This document shows positions 20,840-30,530 of a DNA stretch of 64,000 nucleotides, piece by piece; the stretch's first letter is position 1, and each line of letters begins with the position of its first letter. The notes beneath the pieces were generated by a model. That model did no database searches, was not told the origin of the DNA, and saw only the letters and a program-made list of their open reading frames with translations. This stretch comes from Trueperaceae bacterium. Its GTDB lineage: Bacteria; Deinococcota; Deinococci; Deinococcales; Trueperaceae. Location: assembly GCA_965213705.1 (NCBI GenBank), contig OZ243913.1, forward strand, positions 3,776,001 to 3,840,000, written 5' to 3'. The translations under genes and the position numbers were made by a program.

Positions 20840-22684
20840 ATGGATTTCAGCAAAAACCTCGTGCTTAAAGAAAATTACACCTTTTTCGCGGGCGACCTCG
20901 AGGGCATGGTGGCGGGCGGCGAGCACGGACTCTACAACCGCGACACGCGCTTTTTGAACCTCTACACCTGGGCGCTGGACGGTTTTCAAACCCTCCTCGT
21001 CGACACGGCCCGGCCCGACCGGCTGCACTTGCACCACGCCGAATTTGACGGTGACCGGCAACTCGTGGCCGTCAAGCGCGACTTAACGGTGACCGCCGTG
21101 AGCTTCACCGACACGCTTGTTCTGCAAAACACCGACCTCGTGGCGCGGACGGTGCGGCTCGAGCTTGCCCTGGCCGCCGACTTTGCCGACCTGTTCGAGG
21201 CTCGAGGCTGGCGGGACAAGGCTAGGACCGTCACGCGCGAAACGGGCGAGGCGTCGTTGCGCTTGGCTTATCAGGCTGAAGACGGTTTGAGCTTCGGCAC
21301 GCTTGTAACTTTTTCTGAAACACCCGAATTTACCGAGACTGGCGTCGTTTTTGAGATGGCGCTTCAGCCCAAAACTGAACACGTCTTAAAGGTCGAAGTG
21401 GCGATAGAGAACCCGCTCGAGACGGGCGAGCACGGTTTCGTCTCTTACGAAACCTGGCGCGAACAGTTTGATGTCGGGCTCGAGAACCCGCGCCACGGGG
21501 CGGCGCTGGGCCGCGCGGTAGACGACCTGCGGGCGCTGCTGCTGTTCGACGAGCGCGGCACCATCAGCGCGGCGGGCATTCCCTGGTTCGTCGCTGCCTT
21601 CGGGCGCGACGCGCTGCTCACCGCGTACATGCTGCTGCCGCACGCGCCCGGCGTTGCCGAAGGCACGTTGCGCTTTCTCGCCCACTACCAGGCGAAAGAG
21701 ACGGACGACTTCCGCAGCGCGCAGCCGGGGAAAATCCTGCACGAACTGCGCTACGGCGAGCTGAGCCGCACGGGCGTGACGCCGCACAGCCCCTACTACG
21801 GCACCGTGGACGCCACGCCGCTGTTCATCATGCTGCTGCACGAACTGTACCGGGTGACGGGTGACTTGGAACTGGTTAAAGACCTGCGTCCTAACTGGGA
21901 GGCGGCGCTCGTTTGGCTGCTTGAACACGGTGACCTGGACGGCGACGGCTTTTTGGAGTTCCGCGGCGTGGACGACGCCGCGGGCGGCAAGGGCTTGAGC
22001 GTCCAGTCCTGGAAAGACTCCGGCGACTCGATGAGCCACGCGGACGGTACTTTGGCCGCGGGCGCGCTGGCGGTCTGCGAGGTGCAGGGGTACGCTTACG
22101 CGGCTTACCTGGCGGCGGCAGACTTTTACGAAGCTCTCTGCGAGCCGGACGAAGCGACTCAGTGGCGAGAACGTGCTGAGACGTTGCAAAAGAAGTTTCA
22201 CGAGGCTTTTTGGCTGCCGGACTTGCAAACCTACGCCCTCGCACTCGACGGGGAGAAGCGGGCGCTCGAGGTCCACAGCTCGGACGCCGGCCAACTCCTC
22301 TGGACGGGCATCGTGCCGGAAGAGGTTGCGCCGCAACTCGTCCAAACGCTTCTATCGGACGCGCTTTGGACGGGCTGGGGCGTGCGCACGCTCGGGCGGG
22401 GCGAGGCGCGCTACAACCCGGTCTCCTACCACAACGGCTCGGTCTGGCCGCACGACACCGCGCTGATTGCCGGAGGTTTGACGCGCTACGGGTTCTTGGC
22501 CGAAGCGAAACTGATTCGTGACGCCCTTTACGACCTCGCCGCCAGCCAAATCGACCTGCGCCCGCCCGAACTCGTCGGCGGCTACGCGCGCACCCAAGCC
22601 CCGCCCGTGCCCTACCCGACCGCCTGCCGCCCGCAAGCCTGGGACGCGGCGGCGCTCGTTTACCTGAGCGAGTTAGCCTTGTGA
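20840..22684 (+). CDS. Amylo-alpha-1,6-glucosidase/glycogen-debranching-like glycoside hydrolase
   Basis: GLYNRDTRFL, AGIPWFVAAFGRD, PGKILHELR, YYGTVDATPL, WKDSGDS, YHNGSVWPHD, PQAW. Confidence 0.88.
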   Translation: MDFSKNLVLKENYTFFAGDLEGMVAGGEHGLYNRDTRFLNLYTWALDGFQTLLVDTARPDRLHLHHAEFDGDRQLVAVKRDLTVTAVSFTDTLVLQNTDLVARTVRLELALAADFADLFEARGWRDKARTVTRETGEASLRLAYQAEDGLSFGTLVTFSETPEFTETGVVFEMALQPKTEHVLKVEVAIENPLETGEHGFVSYETWREQFDVGLENPRHGAALGRAVDDLRALLLFDERGTISAAGIPWFVAAFGRDALLTAYMLLPHAPGVAEGTLRFLAHYQAKETDDFRSAQPGKILHELRYGELSRTGVTPHSPYYGTVDATPLFIMLLHELYRVTGDLELVKDLRPNWEAALVWLLEHGDLDGDGFLEFRGVDDAAGGKGLSVQSWKDSGDSMSHADGTLAAGALAVCEVQGYAYAAYLAAADFYEALCEPDEATQWRERAETLQKKFHEAFWLPDLQTYALALDGEKRALEVHSSDAGQLLWTGIVPEEVAPQLVQTLLSDALWTGWGVRTLGRGEARYNPVSYHNGSVWPHDTALIAGGLTRYGFLAEAKLIRDALYDLAASQIDLRPPELVGGYARTQAPPVPYPTACRPQAWDAAALVYLSELAL

Positions 22685-22701
22685 AAAGGCCTCTTTCTTA
22701 A

Positions 22702-23103
22702 CTACTGCGTTTCCCTGGTCAAAATGAGGAGACCGCCCTGAGTGTAGACGAGGGTGAATGTCTCGTCGTCGCGCAACCGGTAGCTGGCCCGGAACACCTC
22801 GGACGCTTCGTCGCCTGCCCTCAATTCCTCTCGCCGCCAGCGGCTGAGTTCCTCGAGCTGGTCTACGGCCAGGCGTTTGAACCTGTCCTCGAAGTCGAAG
22901 AAGTCCGTGTAACCGTGGACGTAGCAGACAGCCTCGGGGTCCTCCAACGCTTCGGGACATTCCCTATCGGCAATCCTGAGCTCGAAAAACATGTTTCGCT
23001 CGAACTCGTCGAACGTGCCTTCGGTGCTGTCGCGTTGCGCAACCCCGAGGGTGGCAACGGCGAAACTCAGGGCGGTCAGAAAACAAACTGTGAAACGTTT
23101 CAT
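22702..23103 (-). CDS. Hypothetical exported protein
   Basis: Signal peptide; TAAACT -10 7 nt before ATG. Confidence 0.65.
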   Translation of the reverse strand: MKRFTVCFLTALSFAVATLGVAQRDSTEGTFDEFERNMFFELRIADRECPEALEDPEAVCYVHGYTDFFDFEDRFKRLAVDQLEELSRWRREELRAGDEASEVFRASYRLRDDETFTLVYTQGGLLILTRETQ

Positions 23104-23170
23104 CCTTATAAGTTTAGTAACCTGCTACGGCTTGTCAAGTCTCGGCTGCTCTGCTCGAGCCCGACCAAGC

Positions 23171-24123
23171 TTACTCGGCCACGCCCTCTTCGATGTCTTG
23201 TTGATGCCGGTTCGCGTAGGGCGACGCGGTGATGCTCACGGTGAGCGACAGGAGAATGACGCCCAAGCTGAGCAGGTTGGGGACGTGAAAAACCCCGGCG
23301 AGCAGCAGTTTCGCGCCCACGAACGCCAGCACCGCCGCGAGGCCGTAGCGCAAAACACGAACTTGTCGACCACGCCCGCCAGCAAAAAGTAGAGGCTCCT
23401 GAAGCCCAGGATGGCGAACACGTTGCTGGTGTAGACGATGAACGGGTCTTGGGTGATGGCAAAAATCGCCGGGATGCTATCGAGCGCGAACAAAACGTCG
23501 GTAAACTCGACCAGAATGAGCACCACGAACAGCGGCGTGGCGAGTCGGCGCGCGCCCTGACGAGTAAAAAAGTTTTGACCGTCGTAGTTTTCGCTGACGG
23601 GAACGAAGCGCCGCACCAGTCTCAGCACGGGGTTGGTTTCTAAGTCAATGGGGTCGTCCCCGCTGCTCCGCAGCATCCTCAACCCGGCAAAGACAAGAAA
23701 CGCCCCGAATAGGTACAGCACCCAACTGAACTGCTCGACCAGCACGCTGCCCACGCCGATGAGCGTGCCGCGCAGCAGAAGCGCCCCGACGATGCCCCAA
23801 AACAGCACCCGGTGTTGAAACTTGCTCGGTACGGCAAAAGCGGAGAAGATGAGGACGAAGACGAAAATGTTGTCGACCGAGAGCGAATACTCGATAAGGT
23901 AACCCGTCAAAAACTCCAAGCCCTGCTTCGGCCCGGCGAAAAAGTACAGCCCGACGTTGAACAGCAGCGCCAGGCTTATCCACACGGCGCTGAAGACGCC
24001 CGCCTCTTTTAGGGAAATCGTGTGCGCCTTGCGGTTAAACACGCCCAGGTCGAGGGCGAGCAGCGCCAAGACGAACGCGTGAAAGCCGACCCAAAACCAG
24101 ATTGACACGTCCATAAAGTTCAC
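23171..24123 (-). pseudogene. TerC/Alx family Mn2+ homeostasis membrane protein, split by a 1-nt frameshift at about 23352-23355
   Basis: EYSLSVDNIFVF and EFTDVLFALDSIPAI in one frame; LRYGLAAVLAFVGAKLL in the next; one extra T restores a 317-aa ORF. Confidence 0.88.
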
Positions 24124-24184
24124 CCAAGTAGAGCAGCCTCGAGAAAGCCCGAAAGCTCGCTCTTCAGCGCCTAAGTCATTTGGT

Positions 24185-24310
24185 CAGGTCTCGCGCTTGC
24201 TTTGCGCACCGGGAAAACTTTAGAGGTAGTGTCTCTAATGCGTCAGAGACGCTACCTCTAAAGCCTCCGTACTGACGACACGCAACCCCTGTTGGGGGGC
24301 TACGCCCCTG
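24185..24310 (-). ncRNA. yybP-ykoY (Mn2+) riboswitch
   Basis: Minus strand CAGGGGCGTAGC...TCGTCAGTAC...CCGGTG...GCGAGACCTG, upstream of terC, with TATACT -10 at 24318-24323. Confidence 0.85.
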
Positions 24311-24345
24311 CCGAAAACAGTATACCGAGGAAGCCGCCTCTCAAC

Positions 24346-25044
24346 TCATGTGGGTTGGGCTGCAAGCAACCGCACCATCTCTTTGACGAGGGCGTTGGCG
24401 CGGGCGGCGGCTGTCGGCATAAACGTCTCAAAACTCGTTTCCGCGTCACCGTCGGCACTGTCACTTATGCTGCGGACGACGACAAAAGGCACACCCCACT
24501 TGGCGCAGACCTGAGCCACTGCCGCCCCTTCCATTTCGGCGCAAACGCCCTGAAAGGTATCGCGCAGCCAGGCGGCTTTTTCGGTGTCGGCAATGAACTG
24601 GTCGCCCGACAACACCCGTCCCGAGACGGTTCGCACGCCGCCCAACCCCGCCGCCGCCTGCAACGCCACACGCCGCAACGTAGCGTCCGCGGTCCAAGCG
24701 AGAGTTTCGCCTGGCACTTCCCCGAGCGCGTGGCCGAACGCCGTCGCGTCCACGTCGTGCTGCAGCGCGTCGCTGCTGACGACGATGTCGCCGACCTTCA
24801 AACCGGCCCCAAGCGCTCCCGCCACACCGGTAAAGACGAGCCGCGTCACGCCGTAGACGAGCATCGTCTGCGTCAGCGCGGCGGCGTTGACCTTGCCGAT
24901 GCCGCAGCGCGCTACCAGCACTTCTTTGGTCTCGAGCGTCCCCCGCCACAGCTCGAACGGTCCGACCTGTACCCTGGAAACGCCCTGAAGGTCCGCGAGC
25001 AAGCCCTCGACCTCCGCCGGCATCGCACCCACAATCCCTAGCAC
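24346..25044 (-). CDS. mtnN: 5'-methylthioadenosine/S-adenosylhomocysteine nucleosidase
   Basis: GIVGAMPAE, GIGKVNAA, TGVAG, SGDQFI, EMEGAAVAQV, RSISDSAD. Confidence 0.95.
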   Translation of the reverse strand: MLGIVGAMPAEVEGLLADLQGVSRVQVGPFELWRGTLETKEVLVARCGIGKVNAAALTQTMLVYGVTRLVFTGVAGALGAGLKVGDIVVSSDALQHDVDATAFGHALGEVPGETLAWTADATLRRVALQAAAGLGGVRTVSGRVLSGDQFIADTEKAAWLRDTFQGVCAEMEGAAVAQVCAKWGVPFVVVRSISDSADGDAETSFETFMPTAAARANALVKEMVRLLAAQPT

Positions 25045-25242
25045 GGGACGTCCGGCCTTCGACTGTCAGGTTTTCGACTGTCCGGTTTTTGAGTGCGCGG
25101 CTTCTGGGTGCTCAACGCTCGAGTGTCCGGCGAGAGAACGTCGGCAGCCGGAACACCGGTCATTGTAGGAGTCGTTTCGTAGAAGTCATTTCTAGGAGCA
25201 GTTTAATACAGTTGGGCGGCCGGGCGCTGCTATAGTAAACCG

Positions 25243-26112
25243 ATGTTGCTTTCTATCACACACACGACCGAGTATACCTATCCCAAACCGGCCTGGGACT
25301 CGTTCAACGAACTGCGTTTGCAACCGGCGGACGACTACCGGCAAACCGTTTTGCAGTTCGAGTTGGAGGTTACGCCCGCCACCGCGCTTCGCAACCACTT
25401 GGACTACTACGGCAACACCGCGCACCACTTTCACCTAAACACGCGCCACGACAACTTGCGAATTGTCTCGAGCGCCCTAGTCAGCACCTACCCGATTCCC
25501 GCGCCGCACACGGTTCCGGCGGGCGCGCTGCCGGACTTGCGGCACCGCTTTTTCGAGTACCTGGCCCCGACGCGGCGCGTGCCGCTGAACCAGGACTGGC
25601 TCGGGCGCTTCGGCGCGGCACCCTTAAATTCGGGCGACGAGGTCACTCGGTACTTGCTCGACTTGACGGCTCACCTCAAAGCGCGCCTCACCTACCGGTC
25701 GAACAGCACCACGGTAGACACGACCCTGCAGGACTTCGCCAACACCCAAACGGGCGTGTGCCAGGACTTCGCCCACGCCATGCTGGCGATTTGTCGCAGC
25801 GTCGGCATTCCCTCGCGCTACGTCAGCGGCTACGTGCACAGCAACCCCTCGGGCAACGAGGACATGATTGGGTCGGAAGGGTCGCACGCCTGGGTCGAGA
25901 CGTTTCTGCCCGGCAGCGGCTGGGTCGGCTACGACCCGACCAACGGCTGCATCATCAACGAGGCGCACGCCAAACTCGCCGTCGGCCGCGACTACGACGA
26001 CGTGCCACCTACCAGGGGGCTGCGGCGCGGCGGCGGTCGGGGCGGTCTCCAGGTCGAGGTCAAAGTGCGGCGGGCCGACCGCCAGGTGGCGACGCTGGAA
26101 ACTGCGCTCTAG
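25243..26112 (+). CDS. Transglutaminase-family protein (Bact_transglu_N plus core)
   Basis: ITHTTEYTY N-domain; GVCQDFAH, SHAWVE, YDPTN catalytic C-H-D; GRDYDDV. Confidence 0.93.
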   Translation: MLLSITHTTEYTYPKPAWDSFNELRLQPADDYRQTVLQFELEVTPATALRNHLDYYGNTAHHFHLNTRHDNLRIVSSALVSTYPIPAPHTVPAGALPDLRHRFFEYLAPTRRVPLNQDWLGRFGAAPLNSGDEVTRYLLDLTAHLKARLTYRSNSTTVDTTLQDFANTQTGVCQDFAHAMLAICRSVGIPSRYVSGYVHSNPSGNEDMIGSEGSHAWVETFLPGSGWVGYDPTNGCIINEAHAKLAVGRDYDDVPPTRGLRRGGGRGGLQVEVKVRRADRQVATLETAL

Positions 26113-26364
26113 GACAGCTACTTTTTGCCGGGGCGCGTTTGAGCGTTTCTTCTGCAAAAGAACCGGAACGGCTTTTGGCTTCTGTGTGGACTTGTGCGGA
26201 CTTGTGCGGACTTTCTTGGGTAAACTCGGTGAGAAGACCGGCAGCCAGACTTTGCCAAGCGGCTTTTCCAGACAGCTTTTTCAACTGCTAAAAGCGCCAG
26301 CGAAAGAACATTTCAAAACTGCGCCCCGGCCGGCTCGAGACGCACGTCTTCAAGCCCCGGAACT

Positions 26365-27318
26365 TCAAGCCCTGAAGTAAGTTTGCGTCACCGCGTCAGA
26401 GACGGCGGCCAGCGACTTGAGCAGGTCGTCTAAACTCGGCGTTTCGTCTTCGGTGATGCGCTCGGCGGCGTCTAAATATTTTAACTGCGCCGACAAGCGA
26501 CCGGCCAGCCGTTGCGGCGCGCCCGAGTCGGCGTTGCGTCCTTGCAGGTCGGTCAAAATCTCGTGGACCACCCGCACGCAGTAACGCAGACTCCGCGGAA
26601 AGTTCGGGTTGAGCAGCAAAAACTCCGCCATCAGGGCGGGCTCGAGCTGACTGTGATAGCACTTGCGAAACGCCTCGAACGCGCTCAACGACTTGAGCAG
26701 CGCCATGCTCCTGTGCGCGTCCACCCCCGCGGTCACCGACGCTTCGTCGTCGCCCCGGCGGTAGCGGACCTGCAGCGTGCGGATGGTGTTGTCGGCCCGC
26801 TCCAGGTACTGACCCAGCCGGATAAAGTACCAACCCTGGTCGCGCGGCAGCGTCGCGTCGGCGATGCCGAAAAACAAGTAGCTGGCGTCGCGCGCGCTCA
26901 CGCAAAAGTCGTAAAGGGCGTCCTCGTCGAGCGAACCCTGTTGCTCGGCGCAGAGCGCCAAGTAGGCGCGGTTCAGCGCCTCCCACATCTCGTTGGAGAT
27001 GCGGTCGCGCAGCGTGCGCGCGTTTTCACGGGCAAAAGAAAGGCTCGAGGCGACGCTGCCGCTGTTGGCGAGGTCGGTGGCGAGCCAGGTGGACACGCTC
27101 ACGGCGTCGGCGCGGTCGTAGCGCTCCCGAAACGCCGCCTCGTTGTCGGTGATGGTGAGGAGCGGCCCCCACTGCTCGGTGACGATGCCGCGCGCACCCG
27201 GCGTCAGGGGCGCTTCGGCGAGCGCTAGGTAGTTCACGTTCAGCAGGCGCGCGGTACATTCGGCCCGCTCCACGTAACGCCCTATCCAGTACATGTTTTC
27301 GGCGATGCGGCTAAGCAT
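26365..27318 (-). CDS. Alpha-E domain protein
   Basis: MLSRIAENMYWIGRYVERAE, ARENAR..R, LERAD, FPRSL. Confidence 0.93.
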   Translation of the reverse strand: MLSRIAENMYWIGRYVERAECTARLLNVNYLALAEAPLTPGARGIVTEQWGPLLTITDNEAAFRERYDRADAVSVSTWLATDLANSGSVASSLSFARENARTLRDRISNEMWEALNRAYLALCAEQQGSLDEDALYDFCVSARDASYLFFGIADATLPRDQGWYFIRLGQYLERADNTIRTLQVRYRRGDDEASVTAGVDAHRSMALLKSLSAFEAFRKCYHSQLEPALMAEFLLLNPNFPRSLRYCVRVVHEILTDLQGRNADSGAPQRLAGRLSAQLKYLDAAERITEDETPSLDDLLKSLAAVSDAVTQTYFRA

Positions 27319-28954
27319 CCGTCTCGGCCGTTCCGTCGTCGGCGCTTTGGCTCTGCGACTGGCTTTGTGACTGACCCTGGCTTTGTGACTGACCCTGACT
27401 TTGTGACTGACCCCGAGACTGGCTTTGTTCCTGAGATTGGCTTTGTCCCTGGTTTTGCCCTCGACCCTGGCTTTGGGTTTGGCTCTGACTTTGCCTCGGC
27501 GCCCTGTCGTCCAAAACCCAGGTGTCTTTCGAGCCGCCCCCTTGCGACGAGTTCACCACGAGCGAGCCGCGTTTTAGGGCGACGCGCGTCAGGCCGCCCG
27601 GCACGATTTCGACGCGCTCACCCACCAAAATATAGGGCCGCAAGTCGATGTGGCAGGGCTCGAGCGCGCCGCTGTCCGGGTAGTAGGTCGGGTGGGTCGA
27701 GAGCTGGACGATGGGCTGCGCGATGTAGTTGCTCGGGTCGGCGCGAACATTTTCCAAAAAGGCCGCGCGCGTTTCGTCGTCGGCCTCGCTGCCGATGAGC
27801 ATTCCGTAACCGCCCGCACCGCCGACCTCTTTGATAACTAGGTTTCGGTTGTCGCTGAGCATGTATTCGAGGCCGTCCGCGTCGGCCCCCAAATAGGTCG
27901 TCACGTTGGGGAGTAGGGGCTCTTCGTTCAGGTAATAGCGGATGATGGCCGGCACGTAAGCGTAAATCGCCTTGTCGTCGGCCACGCCCGTCCCGACGGC
28001 GTTGGCGAGGGCCACGCGGCCCGCGCGGTAGACCTCTATCAAACCGGGTACGCCCAAACTGGAGTCGGGGCGAAACGCTTCCGGGTCCAGGAAGTCGTCG
28101 TCGATGCGCCGGTAGATGACGTCGACCTGTTGCCGCCCGCGCGTGGTGCGCATCCACACGCGCCCTTCGTCCACGAACAGGTCCCGGCCTTCGACCAGCT
28201 CTACGCCCATCTGCTGCGCTAAGTAACTGTGTTCGAAGTAGGCGCTGTTGTACTGGCCCGGCGTCAACACGACGATGCTGGGTCGCGCCACGTCGCGCGG
28301 GGACAGGCTGGAGAGCGTCTCGAGCAGCTCTATCGGGTAGTGCCGGACGGGCCGGACCGGGTATTCGGCCATCAGCTTGGGGAAACTGCGGGTCATCACG
28401 CCACGGTTGGCGAGCATGTAAGACACCCCGCTCGGGCAGCGCAGGTTGTCTTCCAGCACGCGAAACGTCCCCTTTGCGTCCCGAATCAGGTCGCAGCCGA
28501 CCACGTGCGTGTAGGCGCCGTGCGGCAGCTTGACGCCGCGCACCGCCGAACGGTAGTTGGCGTTGCTCAGCACCAAGTTTTTGGGCACCACACCCTCGTT
28601 CAAAACGCTCTGTTCGCCGTACACGTCGGCTAGGAACAAGTTGAGCGCCCGCACGCGCTGTCGCAAACCGGCCTCGAGCCCCGCCCATTCGGCCGCCGTG
28701 ATGATGCGCGGAATCGGGTCGAAGGGAAACGTGCGTTCGACGCCCTGCTCGTCGCCGTAGACCGTAAAGGTGATGCCCTGGTTCTTGAACGCCAGCTCGG
28801 TCAGGGCGCGGCGGCGGTTGAACTCGGACGCACCGTAGCCGTCGTAAAACGAAAAAAACGTTTCGTAGTGCGCGCGGGCGTCGTGCCCGGACACGGCCTC
28901 GTCGTAACCCTGGCGCGGCGCGTAAGGAAGGGTCGGTTTCGTGCTGAGGGACAT
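27311..28954 (-). CDS. Circularly permuted type 2 ATP-grasp protein with Gln/Ser-rich tail
   Basis: GITFTVY, VLEDNLRCPSGVSY, YRRIDDDFLDP, GGLTRVAL...VVNSSQGGGSKDTWV. Confidence 0.94.
   Translation of the reverse strand: MSLSTKPTLPYAPRQGYDEAVSGHDARAHYETFFSFYDGYGASEFNRRRALTELAFKNQGITFTVYGDEQGVERTFPFDPIPRIITAAEWAGLEAGLRQRVRALNLFLADVYGEQSVLNEGVVPKNLVLSNANYRSAVRGVKLPHGAYTHVVGCDLIRDAKGTFRVLEDNLRCPSGVSYMLANRGVMTRSFPKLMAEYPVRPVRHYPIELLETLSSLSPRDVARPSIVVLTPGQYNSAYFEHSYLAQQMGVELVEGRDLFVDEGRVWMRTTRGRQQVDVIYRRIDDDFLDPEAFRPDSSLGVPGLIEVYRAGRVALANAVGTGVADDKAIYAYVPAIIRYYLNEEPLLPNVTTYLGADADGLEYMLSDNRNLVIKEVGGAGGYGMLIGSEADDETRAAFLENVRADPSNYIAQPIVQLSTHPTYYPDSGALEPCHIDLRPYILVGERVEIVPGGLTRVALKRGSLVVNSSQGGGSKDTWVLDDRAPRQSQSQTQSQGRGQNQGQSQSQEQSQSRGQSQSQGQSQSQGQSQSQSQSQSADDGTAETDA
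27345..27493 (-). repeat. Tandem 6/18-bp repeats encoding a (QS/QG)n tail
   Basis: CTTTGTGACTGACCC repeated at 18-bp period; peptide QSQSQGQSQSQGQSQSQSQSQS. Confidence 0.9.
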
Positions 28955-29390
28955 AATTCATCCTATCACGACACCCTAAAAGCGGCGTGGCGCTTTTCAA
29001 ACCCGTGCATCCTCGCCGAAAAGTGTCCGAAAACGGACAAACGTCAGTTCGAATTGTCCTGAACAAACAACTCGGCCGAATTTTGGGGCCTGGTCGCGGC
29101 TCCAAAAAAGTAGGAGAGGTCGTCCGTTTTGCACCGAGCGGCCCCCCAAGGGCGAACGCTGCCGAGCGCGCCATGCCTTTTGTCTCAACCGAGCAGCCGT
29201 AGGGCCGACTTACGCCGGAGACTAGTGGGCTCGGAGACTAGTGGCCTCAAACGCAAAGAGAACAGGTGCTTTCTCGCCGACGTGGAACGCAACCTCGCGC
29301 TACGGGCGGAACGGTGTTCTCGAGCGTGCTGCCACCTGTACCCTGTTCACAGCTCGAGGATTCGCCGGGCCGACAACCCTGAGACGTGCC

Positions 29391-29894
29391 TCAAGCCGAA
29401 AACCGTTCGCGCAAACTCAGCCATACTTTTTCGTTGGAGATGCGCAGCGTGATGTCTTCTTCGGCAAAGACGAAACGCACCACGCACAGCTGTTCACGGC
29501 TGCGGGTCGCTTCTTCCCAAAAACGGGCGTAGCGGAGCGTGCCCCAAGCGTACGTTTCCCGGGCGCGCGACGGCCACTGCGAGCGCAGCTCCAAACCCTC
29601 GTCCAAAAAGCTTACCCTTACGCCGCCCGACGCCATACCCAACGACAGACCCGCCAGTACCAGCGGCGGCAGCCAAAACACGGTCTCGAGCAGCGTCGGC
29701 ACCCGCCCGAGTTGAAACAGGTAAGCGCCGGGCACCAACCAGCCTATGGTACTCGCCACCGACCACAAAAACACCAAACAACCTGCCGCGCCCAGGAGCC
29801 ACACCGAGCGCGTCGCGCGGCTCGGCGCGCCTAAGACGAGCGGGCTGAGGCTCCGGGTCGTCAGGACGCCCAAGTCTACGCTTTTCATACTCAC
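29391..29894 (-). CDS. Hypothetical membrane protein (two TMs plus short soluble domain)
   Basis: Two hydrophobic segments; fills the gap downstream of HU. Confidence 0.55.
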   Translation of the reverse strand: MSMKSVDLGVLTTRSLSPLVLGAPSRATRSVWLLGAAGCLVFLWSVASTIGWLVPGAYLFQLGRVPTLLETVFWLPPLVLAGLSLGMASGGVRVSFLDEGLELRSQWPSRARETYAWGTLRYARFWEEATRSREQLCVVRFVFAEEDITLRISNEKVWLSLRERFSA

Positions 29895-29991
29895 TGCTCT
29901 CTTGCCGGCCGGGTCAGGTCCGACTCAGACGCGGATACTTGTAAAAAACGCCTCAGGGTTACACCCAGAGACCCTGAAAAAACCGCTGTTC

Positions 29992-30023
29992 AAAAAGGGA
30001 GTGTCCCGAGCAGGACACTCCCT
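29992..30023 (-). terminator. Intrinsic terminator downstream of HU
   Basis: GGGAGTGTCC/GGACACTCCC stem followed by a T-run on the minus strand. Confidence 0.75.
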
Positions 30024-30110
30024 CAACCTCGGTCGCGTAAACGGCTTTCGTTCGACCTCTGACAAAGCCGTCCGGCTCCGCTTGACGGTTTCCTCGGCTC
30101 AGCAGCTTTT

Positions 30111-30395
30111 TTACCTGACTTCGTCCTTGAGACCCTTGCCGGGCTTGAAGGCGGGGTACTTGCTGGCGGGGATTTCGATGCGTTCGGTGGTGCCGGGCTT
30201 GACGCCGGTACGCGCCTTGCGGTCACGCACCTCGAAGGTGCCGAAGCCCGTCAGTTGCACTTTGTCACCTTGCTTCAGGTGGCTGCTCACCTGCTCCAAC
30301 ATCGTGTCCACGACGGTCTTGACGTCTTTTTTAGTCAGGTCGCTTTTGTCGGCCACGGCGTCTATCAGGTCGGCTTTGGAGACACTTTTTGCCAT
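30111..30395 (-). CDS. hup: DNA-binding protein HU
   Basis: KADLIDAVA, VQLTGFGTFEVRDRKARTG, PAFKPGKGLK. Confidence 0.96.
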   Translation of the reverse strand: MAKSVSKADLIDAVADKSDLTKKDVKTVVDTMLEQVSSHLKQGDKVQLTGFGTFEVRDRKARTGVKPGTTERIEIPASKYPAFKPGKGLKDEVR

Positions 30396-30530
30396 GATTT
30401 TTCACTCCCTCGTGAGTCGTCTGTATGTAACTGTTGCCGTTACGAGGCGAGTCTAGCATGTTTTTTGCGTGCGTGACAGCTTTTCTCCGGAATCTTGGCA
30501 AGGGACGGGGGAAAGGTTTTGCAGGGGCAC

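Noticed and set aside
25045..25163. 41-aa minus-strand ORF upstream of mtnN as a leader peptide
   Set aside because: Its ATG overlaps the likely -10 box (TACAAT) and its content derives from degenerate repeats
27345..27493. Tandem repeats as a possible CRISPR array
   Set aside because: No unique spacers, in frame within a CDS, no cas genes
27618..29174. 518-aa alternate-frame ORF over the ATP-grasp gene
   Set aside because: Arg/Pro-rich, no motifs or RBS; expected off-frame ORF in high-GC DNA
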